Shown here: positions 52,917 through 64,000 of the stretch, piece by piece | How the letters are laid out: each line of letters starts with the position of its first letter | How positions within the stretch are numbered: position 1 is the first letter of the stretch | Source of the DNA: Reclinomonas americana ATCC 50394 | Taxonomy: Eukaryota | Reading direction: 5' to 3' | DNA: 64,000 nt | NCBI GenBank assembly: GCA_048213135.1 | Contig: PS015118.1 | Coordinates: 28,371-92,370, forward strand | Program-made: the position numbers and the translations under genes | The notes under the pieces: model-generated | What the model was told of the DNA's origin: nothing | The model's database searches: none | Seen by the model: the letters and a program-made list of their open reading frames with translations, nothing else

Positions 52917-55900
52917 ATGGCCTCTCGCCGTCCTCCTCCTCCTCCACCTCCACGCCCTCACTCAACAACAACAACAACAATAACTCCTTCGTTGCCAATG
53001 TCTGCATATTCTCCGTGCGACGACGATGAGAAAGCAGACATGATGCTCGTCGACAGCAAGCAGCATGTGACGGCGATGACGATGCATTCCTCCTCTCCCT
53101 GCATCAACATCAACGATGATGATGGTGATGAGATGAAGAAGAAGAGTGCATTGGGGTCGTCTGCTCATCGTGGTGTGCCTGCGATGGCGAGGCGACGAGT
53201 GCCTGCCCCTTCTTCCTCCTCTTCTTCTTCTTCCACGTCTGTCACCACCACCAGTGTCACTGCCAAGAAAGGTGCGTGTGTGTGTNNNNNNNNNNNNNNN
53301 NNNNNNNNNNNNNNNNNNNNNNNNNNNNNNNNNNNNNNNNNNNNNNNNNNNNNNNNNNNNNNNNNNNNNNNNNNNNNNNNNNNNNNNNNNNNNNNNNNNN
53401 NNNNNNNNTTTTTCTTGTTCTTCTTCTTCTTCTTCTTCTTCTTCTTCTTCTTCTTCTTTTTCTCATCATGGATTGTCGTTGCTTCATTCCCTGTTGCAGA
53501 ACCAGCTGGCTTCTTGAAGGACAAGAAGGAGAAGAAGCACGCCGACGAGAGCACAGCTGCCATTGCCGCTGCGAGAAGTGACACGGAGAATCGCACTGAG
53601 CAGGGTGCGTCTCTCTTTTGCTGTCGTTTGGTGTCCTCGCGTCATGAGATGTCTCACCTTGGTGGTGCATGCACACAGCTGCTCACCAGGAGCACATGGA
53701 ACACATAGCGATGGAAGGCATCGTCGAGGTACAGTGATTGTGTGTCATCCCAAGACGAGCATGTCTCTCACTGAACTCTCTCTCTCTCTCTCTTGGCATG
53801 ATTGACAGCAACGTACGGGGAGGCAGCGAGTCGACTCGTCTCTGGTGGATCACAGTGAGGACTTGCTTGCACGTGATTCAGTTGAGACGTCATCCCGCAA
53901 GCGTTCTCTGGAGGTGAGCTTCGTTGAGGCATGCGTCTCATTTGCCCCTCTCGCTCGCTTCGCAGTTGAGACACCTGACATTTCCTGCATTCTCTGCAGG
54001 TGGATGCATCCAGCGATGATGAACTTGCACCGCCGAAGAAGAAGAAGGTGTGGATACTGTCGCTAACATTGTTGTGTTTCTTCATCGATGTGCATTTGGG
54101 TGTCAATCATGCGTGTTGTGGATTCGCAGCGTGGCAAGACTCGGACGGCGGAAGAGCCCGAGGAGTTGAGCGCAGACGAGAAGCTGCTGCTGAACAAGCT
54201 GCTCGTTGCGTGGACATGCTCTCTCTGACATCGGTGCAACCCCTTCAGCCTCCTACTTCTCCTCATCTCTTCATGTGTCTCTCGCAGCGATGCAATCGAA
54301 AGAGGATCCTGGTGAAGGCATTTGGCCTCATGGCACCCTTTGTTCATGGGTCCACAGTCATCCACCATCAGCGTGTCCTCTTTGAGATTGCCTGTGACGA
54401 CTGCGGAATTTCGTTGTCGGAGCCGGGTCGCTCGTCGTCTGCAGTCAAGTGTGCATTTGGCAAGAGTCTTGGCGAAACTGCCAGTTATTCACGCCGCAAA
54501 ACGCCCAAGTCGGTGGAGGGTGTGCTCCAGCGAGTGAGCAACTACATCAAGGTGAGCATGCATTTTGCCTTTGACGGCTGTGACATGTGAACCAATATGT
54601 AGAATTTGCAATCTGCAGATGAGCCAGCTCAGTGGCGCGGCTCTGGTGGATGCTGTAGAGAGGCCACTGATTGCGATAGATGAGCGTGGGTATTCAGAGG
54701 TGCGTTTGCTTTGCCAGATCTTCTGTGTCTGTTGTGATTATGTCGACTGACTTTCGTTCACTCGGCTGCATGTGCCAGGGATCGTGGAAGAAGTTGCCAA
54801 CAAAATTTAAAAACAAGAAAGATCATCTTCAGCCATTTGTCAAACAGGCCATATATGTGATGCGCAAGTGCGTTGGTCTCATGGCTGCTCTGCTTCGAGA
54901 TGGCTGTCTGTCGGATGCGGAGATTGCACGTGCCGTCACGTGGTGCCATTCAAAAGGTCTGCAATCTCATACCGCTGTTGCTGTTGCTTGCACTGGTGTT
55001 GACCAGTACCACACAGAATCGGGTGACATGAAGCTGGTGGTGAAGAGTGAGGAGGACGGAGAGGATGAGGAGGACAATGAAGAAGAGGGGAATTGCACTT
55101 ATCGTGAAGACGATGACATGAAGGTACGCGTGGTTGTATCTGAAGATCTGGATTATGAGACTGGGTGAGAATGCTTGTGTTTTCGTTGACTCATTCAAGA
55201 CATTGGTGCGTCACGTTCGCAGGTGGATGCAGGCGGTGACAATGACGAAGAATCAAAGCCAAGTAAGGTTCGTGAAGTCAATTTCTATGTGTGATTGGTG
55301 AGACCGGTGTGTTGATTGTTGCAGTTGCATGGGGATGCGCACTTGCAGCGCGTCAAGTGTGGGCGCCGTATAATCAATGAGGATATGAGCAAGGACGACC
55401 GAATTGTGCTGGACAGATTGCTTGTTGCGTGTGCATAGTCACGACACCTCAGCAAGGCAGACTGACTGACTGTGCCATGTGCTTACTTGTCATTACCCCT
55501 AATGCGTGCGTGTGCGTGCAAACAGCGATGCAACAAGAAGAAGATACTGGTGACGGCATTCGGCACAATGGCGCCAATTGTGAAGCGATTCGCAGCCTTG
55601 CATCATCAGCGCGTTCTTTTAAAACTCGCCTGCACGGAGTGTGGTATCCCTTCGTCGGGAGCAGGCAGCCCGTCATCAGCAGTAATGGAAGCATTCAGCA
55701 AGAGCCTTGGCAGTGTTGTCCAAGGCGCACGCATCAACATGCCCACTTCAGTGGAGGGAGTGCTCCAGAGCATGAGCAAGTTCATCGAGGTGAGCATCTG
55801 ATCTGTGCCGTCCATCTCTCGCGCTACTTGAACATGAGCCAGCACTGATGCACGTGCAACTTTGCAGAAGAGTGAACTGCATGGTGCTGCTCTGGTGGAT

Positions 55901-58900
55901 GCCATTGAGAGACCATTGATTTTGGTGGATGAACGTGGCCATTCGGAGGTGAGCCAACTGCATTGTTCGCCCCTTGCATTTCCCTGTCTGTGTCGACTCA
56001 CTTGCTTTGTTCACGATGTCCGTCGTGCTGCAGGAGTCATGGGAGGCTGTGGGGAATAAACAGAGGAGCATCGATTGTCTCCTGCCATTCATTGCCCAAG
56101 CCGCGCAGGCCGTGCGCGAGTGTCCTGGCTTGCAAATGTCGATGATTCGAGACGGCTGTCTCTCCGAGGAGGAGATGGCACGGGCCGTCGAGTGGTGCAG
56201 TGAGAGAGGTTTGATGGTATTGGGTGCGTTGCATATTGTGCATAGTGTCAGAGCTGATGAGTGAGATGCAGCTCTGCTGGAGGCGGAAGTGCTGAAGAAA
56301 GAAGAGATGAAAGAGGAGGAGGGGGAGGATGGTTCGAGGGACGACGGGGACGAAGATGAGGACGACGGCATGGATGAAGGTGACAGGAGCAAGGTATGGT
56401 CATGGATGGTGGGGTGGATGCACTCTTTGGCAACATCTCATGATGTGCACTCATAGCGACGAGGGAGTGGATCTGCGACAATGAGCAAGGACGAACAACT
56501 GATGCTGGCAAGGCTGCTTGTTGAGTGTGCTTGCTGTCATGTCCTTGTTCGTGAATCGTCTGACTAATTGAGTGTTTGTCGCACCACCTATGTGGTCCAC
56601 ACGAGAGCAGTGCTGCAACAAGACGAAGATACTGGTGAAGGCATTCGGAATCGTGGCGCCGATAGTTATGGGATCCACAGTCCACCATCATCAGCGTATT
56701 CTTGTCGAACTCGCATGCAAGGAGTGTGGCATCTCGACATCGAAAGCAGGACGGCTTTCGTCGGCAGTCGTCAACTCATTCAGCAAGAGACTTGGGCATG
56801 TCGTCCAATGGGCACGTGACAAGACACCCAGGTCAGTTGAGGGAGTTCTTCAGATGATGAGTGACTTTATCGAGGTGAGCAGCATCGATCTCGCCTGTCA
56901 CAACTACGATCAGCGCTAATATGCCATTTCGCAGAAGAGCGAACTGCGTGGCGCTGCTTTGGCGGATGCCATTGAGAGGCCGCTGTTTGTGGTGGATGAA
57001 CGTGGTCATTCGGAGGTGTGGCTGCCTGATACTTGGTGTGCATTGTGCATACTGAAATTCATACTCTTTGTTCCGGAATTCTGATGGCAGGAGTTGTCTC
57101 GCTTGCCAAGGAGACGCACCCCCAGCATTCCTTTGCCATACGTCACACAGGCAGTGGATGCTCTCCACAACTGCCCAGGTCTGCTGACCACTCTACTTCG
57201 AGACGGTTCTCTTTCCGAGGTGGCGATTGCACGGGCCGCAGAGTGGTGTAGCGGAAGAGGTATGGCTTTGTGACGGTTGATAGATAGATGCAGTGCGTAC
57301 AAGCGCTGACAAGCAAGTGAACAGCTCTGCGAGAGATGGAGATTGTAAAGAAGGAGGAGAAGATGGAGGACGAGCAGGATGAGGATTTTATCGAGCAAGA
57401 GCGCGACGACGGGAATCGAAGTGGGAAAAGCAAGGTACAACATTCAGTTAGATGCGAGAGGTTTGTGCCTCTCTCAACATTGCACGGTTTGCTTCACAGC
57501 GTTGCAAGAGAGGTCCTGCAAACCTGAGCGTCAACGAGCAGCTGATGCTGGCGAAACTGCTTGCTGCGTGTTGTCGTACTCTTTGCATGTCGCCGGTACT
57601 AGAACTCCACACCTCCACTCACTCGTCACATTCGGGAGCAGGGTTGCGACAGGAAGAAGATACTCGTGAGGGTATTCGGTCTCATGGCACCTGTGATGCT
57701 GAGATCCACTGTCCTCCACCACAAGCGCATTCTCTTCCAGCTTGCTTGTGAAGAATGCGGAATGCCTTCGGAGGGACCGGGCTGTCCATCTTCCGCAGTC
57801 GTATCAGCATTCGGCGAGAGTCTTGCCAATAGTGCCAACATGGCACGCAGTAGGACGCTCAAATCAGTGGAGGGCGTGCTCGAGAGCGTGAGCAACTTCG
57901 TCGAGGTGAGTATCAGTTCGTTGTTTCTTTGCCGCCTCCGACCGTGACGTACCGGTGACTCACTTGAGTTCAATATGTGCGGGATCATCAGAAGAGTGGT
58001 CTTCGAGGAGCCGAGCTGGTGGATGCTCTTGAGAGACCATTGATTGTAGCTGATGAGCGTGGCTACTCGGAGGCAAGTGGATATTGGTTGTGCACCTGTT
58101 GTAAGGAATCGACGATGTTTGATTGGCTTTGCTTCGTCTCGTATGGCAGGAATTAGCAAAATCGACGAGGAAGGGCACCACTTTGAATGTTCATCTGCCG
58201 TTTGTCACACAGGCCATGCGTCTACTTCGCTCTTGTCCTGGCCTGCTGGCCACTCTCCTTCGAGACGGTTCCCTTTCGAAGGCAGATATTGAGCGTGCCG
58301 TCGAGTGGTGCAGTGCACGAGGTTTGGCTGCGTGCCATTCTTTGCTGCACAGTGTGTGCAGGTGCTAACAAACAAGGGACAGCTGTGAGTGAGTTGGCGG
58401 CGGTGAAGAAAGAGGAGAAGAGAGAGGACGACGAACAGGCGGATGATGATGATGACGGCAGCGAGAATGAAGACGACGACGGGGAGGGCAACAGGAGACA
58501 CAAGGTACGCCCGTCACTGCTGTCTGTGAGACGTGAATGATGTGTGCGTTTTGAAGCAGCCTGGTTCGCAATCGCAGCACCACAAGAATGGCCTTGCAAA
58601 ATTGAGCGTCAACGAGCAACTGATGCTCGCGAGACTACATGTTGCGTGTTGGTGTTGCCTCTCTGCTCGGCTCCTCACTCCCACCCAACGAACGCACATG
58701 CGAACAGGGTTGCAACAAGAAGAAGATACTGGTGAAGGTGTTCGGCCTCATGGCATCCGTGGCGATGCCATCCACTGTCCTCCATCATCAGCGCGTTCTC
58801 GTTCAACTTGCCTGTGTCGAATGCGGATTGCCGTCAGAGGGACTGGGCTGCCCATCATCCGCAGTTATGTCCGCATTCGGCGAGAGTCTTGTCAGAAGTG

Positions 58901-60586
58901 CCAAGTCTGCACGCAGCAAGGCGCCCAAGTCAGTTCAAGGTGTGCTGGCGAGCGTGAGCAAGTTCATCGAGGCAAGTGTTAACGCCTTGTCACTTCCGAT
59001 CGTGACATTCTGTTCCCTGACTGGAGTTCAATATATGCGGAATCGTCAGAAGAGCGGTTTTCGAGGAGCTGCGCTGGTGGATGCTGTCGAGAGACCATTG
59101 ATTGTGATTGACGAACTTGGTCACTCTGAGGCATGTCTCCTGGATATGTGGTTCTGTGGATTGATGTTACCTTTCTCACAATGCGTACTCTCGTGAACGG
59201 GTGACAGGAGTCAGCCAAGCTAAGCAGCAAGCAAAATGTTCTTCTGCCGTTCGTCACACTGGCCATGCATCTGCTCCGCGACTATCCAGGTCTGCTGGCC
59301 AGTCTGCTTCGAGACGGTTGTCTGTCGAAGGCAGATATTGAGCGGGCTGCCGAGTGGTGCAGTGAACGAGGTTTGGCTGTGTGACACACATTGCTGGACA
59401 GTGTGAACGGGTGCTGACAAACAGGGAACAGCTGTGAGGGAGATGGAGATGATGAAGAAAGAGAAGAAGAGAGAGGACGATGAACAGGCTGATGATGATG
59501 ATGACGGCAGCGAGAATGAGGACGATGACGGGAAGGGCAACAGGAGTCACAAGGTACGCCCGTCACTGCTATCTATGAGACGTGAATGATGTGTGCATTT
59601 CAAAACAACATGGTTCTCAATCACAGCCTCACAAGAGTGGCCCTGCGAAGTTGGGCGTCAACGAGCAACTGATGCTGACGAGACTACGTGTTGCGTGTTG
59701 TCGTTACCTCTCTGCTCGGCTCCTCACTCCCACTTACTCCACTCACGTGCGAGCAGAGCTGCAATAAGAGGAGGATACTGGTGAAGGCATTCGGCCTCGT
59801 GGCGCCCTTGGTGATCGGATCTACAGTCCGTCATCATCAGCGCCTTCTCTTCCTGCTTGCCTGTGACGAATGCGGAATGCCTTCAGAGGGACCGGGCAGC
59901 CCGTCAGCCGCAGTCATGTCTGCATTTTGCAATTGTCTTCACGATAGTGCCAATCACACACGCAACAGAACGCCGAAGTCAGTGGAGGGTGTGCTGGCGA
60001 GCGTGAGCTACTTTATCGAGGTGAGTTTTGGTGTTCTTCTGTGTCGCCTCCGATCGTGACGTTTCTGGTGACTTACTTGCGTTCAATATATGCGGGATCA
60101 TCAGAAGAGCGGTCTTCGAGGAGCTGCGCTGGTGAATGCCGTCGAGAGACCATTGATTGTGATTGACGAGCGAGGCTACTCTGAGGCATGTCTCCTGGAT
60201 GTGTGGTTCTGTGGATCGATGTTAGCTTGTTCACTTTGCGTACTCTCGGGTGACAGGAATCAGCAGAGTTGCCGAAGTTCAACAAGTCAAATGTTCTTCT
60301 GCCTTTCGTCACGAAGGCTATGCAGCTGCTCCGCGACTGTCCAGGTCTGCTGACCAGTCTGCTGCGAGACGGTCGTCTTTCGAAGGCGGAGATTGCGCGT
60401 GCTGGTGAGTGCTCCACATTGAACAATCTGAGTGCGCCTGCTCCTGTTGCATGTCGTGCCACCATCATCGCTGACGAGCATGATGCAGTGGTGGGTGACG
60501 AGAAACCGGTGAAGATGGAGATGGTGAAGAAAGAGGAGGAGGAGGAGGAGGAGGAGGAGGAGGAGGACGAGGACGAGGACATGTAG
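52917..60586 (+). CDS. Protein with low-complexity N-terminus, NLS-like PPKKKK and six tandem ~230-aa modules containing HHQR-x6-CxxCG
   Basis: Six ~1.05-1.2 kb genomic units (main exons begin near 54288, 55526, 56611, 57642, 58709, 59757) share exon/intron structure: CNKKKILVKAFG..HHQRxLxxLACxECG..KSVEGVL..FIE | KSxLxGAALVDAVERPLIVIDERGHSE | LPFVTQA..CPGLL..LLRDGCLS..RAVEWC | acidic linker | EQLMLARLL. Units splice to one another in frame without stops. The 3' end is uncertain. Confidence 0.75.
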
Positions 60587-61232
60587 AGCGAGCAATTCAA
60601 GGTGGCGATGGAGGAGATGCTGGATGTAAAGTGCAAGATACTACCGTGGATGGGTGATGGCATGCGTGGTGAGGGAGTGGGTGTGAGCGAGGGGAGATTT
60701 CACCTGCTTTAGAGACCGATGGAGCTTGTCGAGGAAGAAGAAGAAAGCGGAAACACTTAGAGCACTCGATATCATCGCAGCAGGCGCTTTCGGAATGACT
60801 ATCAGGGTTCGTATTCTGCTGCATCGCTATACGTGGCCTTTGTATGTATCTGTATCTAGGTGGTGCTGCCCTGATGCAGCTGCTCACGTGCTCTGTTGCA
60901 CTCTCTGTGGAGTTGTTGTCCTTCATCATCTCAGCACCAGCATGTTCTCTGCGAGAGAGAGATCCGAAACAAAGTGATGTGCATTACTACGATGCACCCA
61001 ACGATGCCCGGTTCCCTGATTCTCCTCTCTCTCTCTCTCNNNNNNNNNNNNNNNNNNNNNNNNNNNNNNNNNNNNNNNNNNNNNNNNNNNNNNNNNNNNN
61101 NNNNNNNNNNNNNNNNNNNNNNNNNNNNNNNNNNNNNNNNNNNNNNNNNNNNNNNNNNNNNNNNNNNNNNNNNNNNNNNNNNNNNNNNNNNNNNNNNNNN
61201 NNNNNNNNNNNNNNNNNNNNCGTCCGTCCGTC

Positions 61233-61277
<45 letters not shown>

Positions 61278-61351
61278 AAGTCCCAGTCCCTCACCATCTC
61301 ACATGCTTTTTTTTTGTTCTTCGAAGCTCTTCAATTTCACCCGACAGCACT

Positions 61352-63523
61352 TCACGCCCTCTCCCCATCGGCATTCATCGCCTCCCCGCCACTGCCGGGA
61401 TTGTGACGCTTCGATTTCGGCTCCTCGTCATCGTCGTCGTCATCCTCCTTGGCGCACCACCCTTCACCATCATCGTCACGACGAAGTGGACTGCGAGGTC
61501 TCTTCTCACCCGCTACCCCACTGCCCTCGCCACCAAATTCACCGTGGTCGGCGGGAGCGGCGGCGGCGGCGCTGCCGGTGCCGGTGGAGTCGCGCGGTGA
61601 GGTCAGCGGTGTACCAGCGGCAGACAGCTTGCCGGCGACTTTCGAGGAATGCGCTTTGACGTGCCCACCGCTTCTGTCGAGCAGTGCGTGAAGGGCGTCC
61701 CTGTTGCGTAGGACAGGGGAATTGAGGATGAGGAAGAGATATGAAGAGTGGGAGACGGAGGGCCGCAGAATGGGCACGCGAAGGTCGGGGAAGAGGGCAT
61801 GCGAGAGAGAAAGACACGGAGGAAATGGGAGAGCGAGACGCTGTGATGCTTGAGGGTGAGCGGGAGTGCTCCACTGTGAAACCGAAGGGTGCATGAGAGT
61901 AAGTCCGCACAGTCAGCTATGTAGTAGGCAAGAGTCTGAGAGTCAAGTAGCGAGAAGAGAGCGGAGAGAGAGAGAGAGAGAGAGACTGAGTGAAAGTCTT
62001 CACCCCGGAAGCAAAGGAGCAAGAAAGCGAGAACAAATGAGAGAAAAAAGGAGCGGGAGAGGGAGTGAGTGAAAGCCCTCACAGCTCTATGATGCGCACC
62101 ACCCTGGAAGCCAAGGAGCAATAAGACCAGAGCCAATGAGANNNNNNNNNNNNNNNNNNNNGGGAAAAGAGCGGGAGAGAGCAAGTGAGTGAAAGTCTTC
62201 ATGCTGAAAACAAAGAAGCAGGTAGCGGCGAGAATGTGAGAGTCAACGAGAGAAAGAGAGCGAGAGAGAGTGAACATCCGCACGGCATCATGCTCCGCAA
62301 CGCCCGGAAAGCAAAGGAGCAAGAAAGCAAGAGCCAATGAGAGGGAAAATAGCGGGAGGGAGCGAGTGCGTGAGTGAAAGGTCGCATGGCGAGCGGGAGA
62401 GAGATAGAGTGAATGAACGTCTTCACGGCTTCATGCTGCGACAAACCGGATGCAAAGGAGCATACAAACGACCAAGGAAGTCAAAGCCAACAAGACAGGA
62501 AAGAGAAAGAGAATGCGAGAAGACCCCAGCGAGAAAGTACAAAGTGTTGCATAAAAGTTGACAAGAGAAGTTATATATCGAATATATTTCAATGCACTCA
62601 AGTCCCAATACTCCCCCATCCCCCAATACTCCCCCATCCCCTCCCTCCCCCTCCCTCCCCCTCCTTTCCCCCTCCCGCCCCCACCCCCACCCCCGCACAC
62701 TCACCGACACTCGCTGATATTCTTGCATCGCATGCACGCCTGGTACGTTTCCGATTTCGTGTCCATATCCAACATCTTGAGCAACGTGTACTTGGTCGCA
62801 TGCAAGTAGCCGCCGTACTTTTCACACTGCACGAAACACAAGAATGACGACGTGCAGACAAGCTATTATCACTCATCGCACACACACACACGCAACAAGG
62901 TCAATGTAATCCAGAGCCACCTGCGCCTGTGGCAACATGGCCGCCGTTGAGCCGCGGAATATCGAGGCATTGCTAATGGCTCCACGGGCAATCATAACAC
63001 TGCTCATGCCCGTGACCTCGCGCACCAAGTGAATATCTTCGGGGGTGAACACATCACCGTTGGCGATGAAGGGAATCTCGCTCTGGTCAAACGCGTCGGC
63101 GAGGCGCCGCAGGAGATTGTGGTGGGCGGGCTCGCGCGGTCGCTGCGGAATGTAGCGGCCGTGTACCGCCACGGCCTTGACGCCGGTGGAGCGAATCATG
63201 CGCACGAGGTCCACTGGAGGGGAGGTGTGAGAAGAGAGAGAACGTCGACAAGGCACTCTCTTCTCTCACTCACCTGTATCCTCAAACTTCTCGAGCAGGC
63301 GGATCTTGCAGGTGATGGGCTTGGGGACGTTGGTGACGAGCTTGGTCAAAATCTGCAGCTCTGGTGTTGGTGATTTGCACGAAAAGATTGGCTGGCAGGT
63401 AAAGAGCACCATACCTCATAGATGGTCTGCGGCTTGCTGAGGAGGCCAGCGCCCATGCCCGCGTGGACGGAAAAGTGCTTTGGGCAGCCCATGTTGATGT
63501 CGATGGCGTCCACGTCGTGCATA
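61352..63523 (-). CDS. DUS2: tRNA-dihydrouridine synthase, DUS2-like (3' part; 5' exons beyond window)
   Basis: DVDAIDINMGCPKHFSVHAGMGAGLL...ILTKLV..VPKPITCKIRLL...GVKAVAVHGR...IPFIANGDV...SVMIARGAISNASIF; the GCPK.FS...GMGA.LL motif is typical of Dus2. Terminal exon ~61700-61352. Confidence 0.85.
61980..62430. repeat. Diverged ~110-bp intronic tandem repeats
   Basis: Recurrent gagtgaaag, gcaaaggagcaagaaagc, agagccaatgagag and agcgggag. Confidence 0.65.
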
Positions 63524-64000
63524 CTGCGTTACGGGGGAAGAGGGTGAGAAAGAGAGGGAGGGAGAGGGAGGGAGGGAAGGGAGGGAGGGAGAAGGAGGGA
63601 GGGGTAAGGGAGGGAAGGGAGGGAGGGAAAGGGAGGGAGGGGCAAGGGAGGGAAGGGAGGGAGGGAAAGGGAGGGAGGGGCAAGGGAAGGAAGGAAGGAG
63701 TGAGCGAGGGAGCGAGGGAGGGAGCGAGGGGAAGGGAGGGAGGGGGCAAGGGAGGAAGTGCGGGAAAGAGCGAGAGAGTGAGACGAGAGAGGGAGACGAG
63801 AGAGGGAGACGAGAGAGGGAGACGAGAGAGGGAGACGAGAGAGGGNNNNNNNNNNNNNNNNNNNNGAGAGAGGGAGGGAGGGAGCGAGAGAGGGAGCGAG
63901 GGAGGGAGCGAGGGAGGGAGCGAGGGAGGGAGCGAGGGAGGGAGCGAGGGAGGGAGACAGAGAAAGTGAGAGAGGGAGGGAGGGGCGAAAGGGAAAAGGT

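Noticed and set aside
60584-61000. Possible stop read-through or further exons after the sixth module
   Set aside because: Downstream sequence has some coding-like stretches, but linking it needs a frameshift in a GAG run; a sequencing error or 3' UTR is as likely. No other sign of a variant genetic code.

Overview
Intron-rich nuclear DNA from a eukaryote, probably a flagellated protist (it has a CEP97-like centriolar gene). The draft assembly has many N gaps and TACG-type sequencing noise. I reconstructed nine spliced protein-coding genes by hand: (1) a 5'-truncated Gly/Thr/Ser/Val-rich beta-solenoid fibre protein of >1,400 aa ending in a phage-tailspike-type Peptidase S74 (intramolecular chaperone) domain; (2,3) two tandem ankyrin/coiled-coil paralogues; (4) a RING/B-box/coiled-coil protein with an N-terminal TM helix; (5) an Afi1/MesA-like DENN-family gene, head-to-head with (6) a CEP97-like LRR/IQ gene; (7) an unknown coiled-coil gene; (8) a gene built from six tandem copies of an unrecognised HHQR...CxxC module; (9) the 3' part of a DUS2-like tRNA-dihydrouridine synthase. 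The main signals are the intron-bearing tailspike-like S74 fibre gene, about two dozen introns with '+1-shifted' donors (GTTGCGT/GTTGAGT/GTTTCGT/GTTACGC), and intronic arrays of a covarying GAA mini-hairpin motif. All gene models are manual and lack transcript support.
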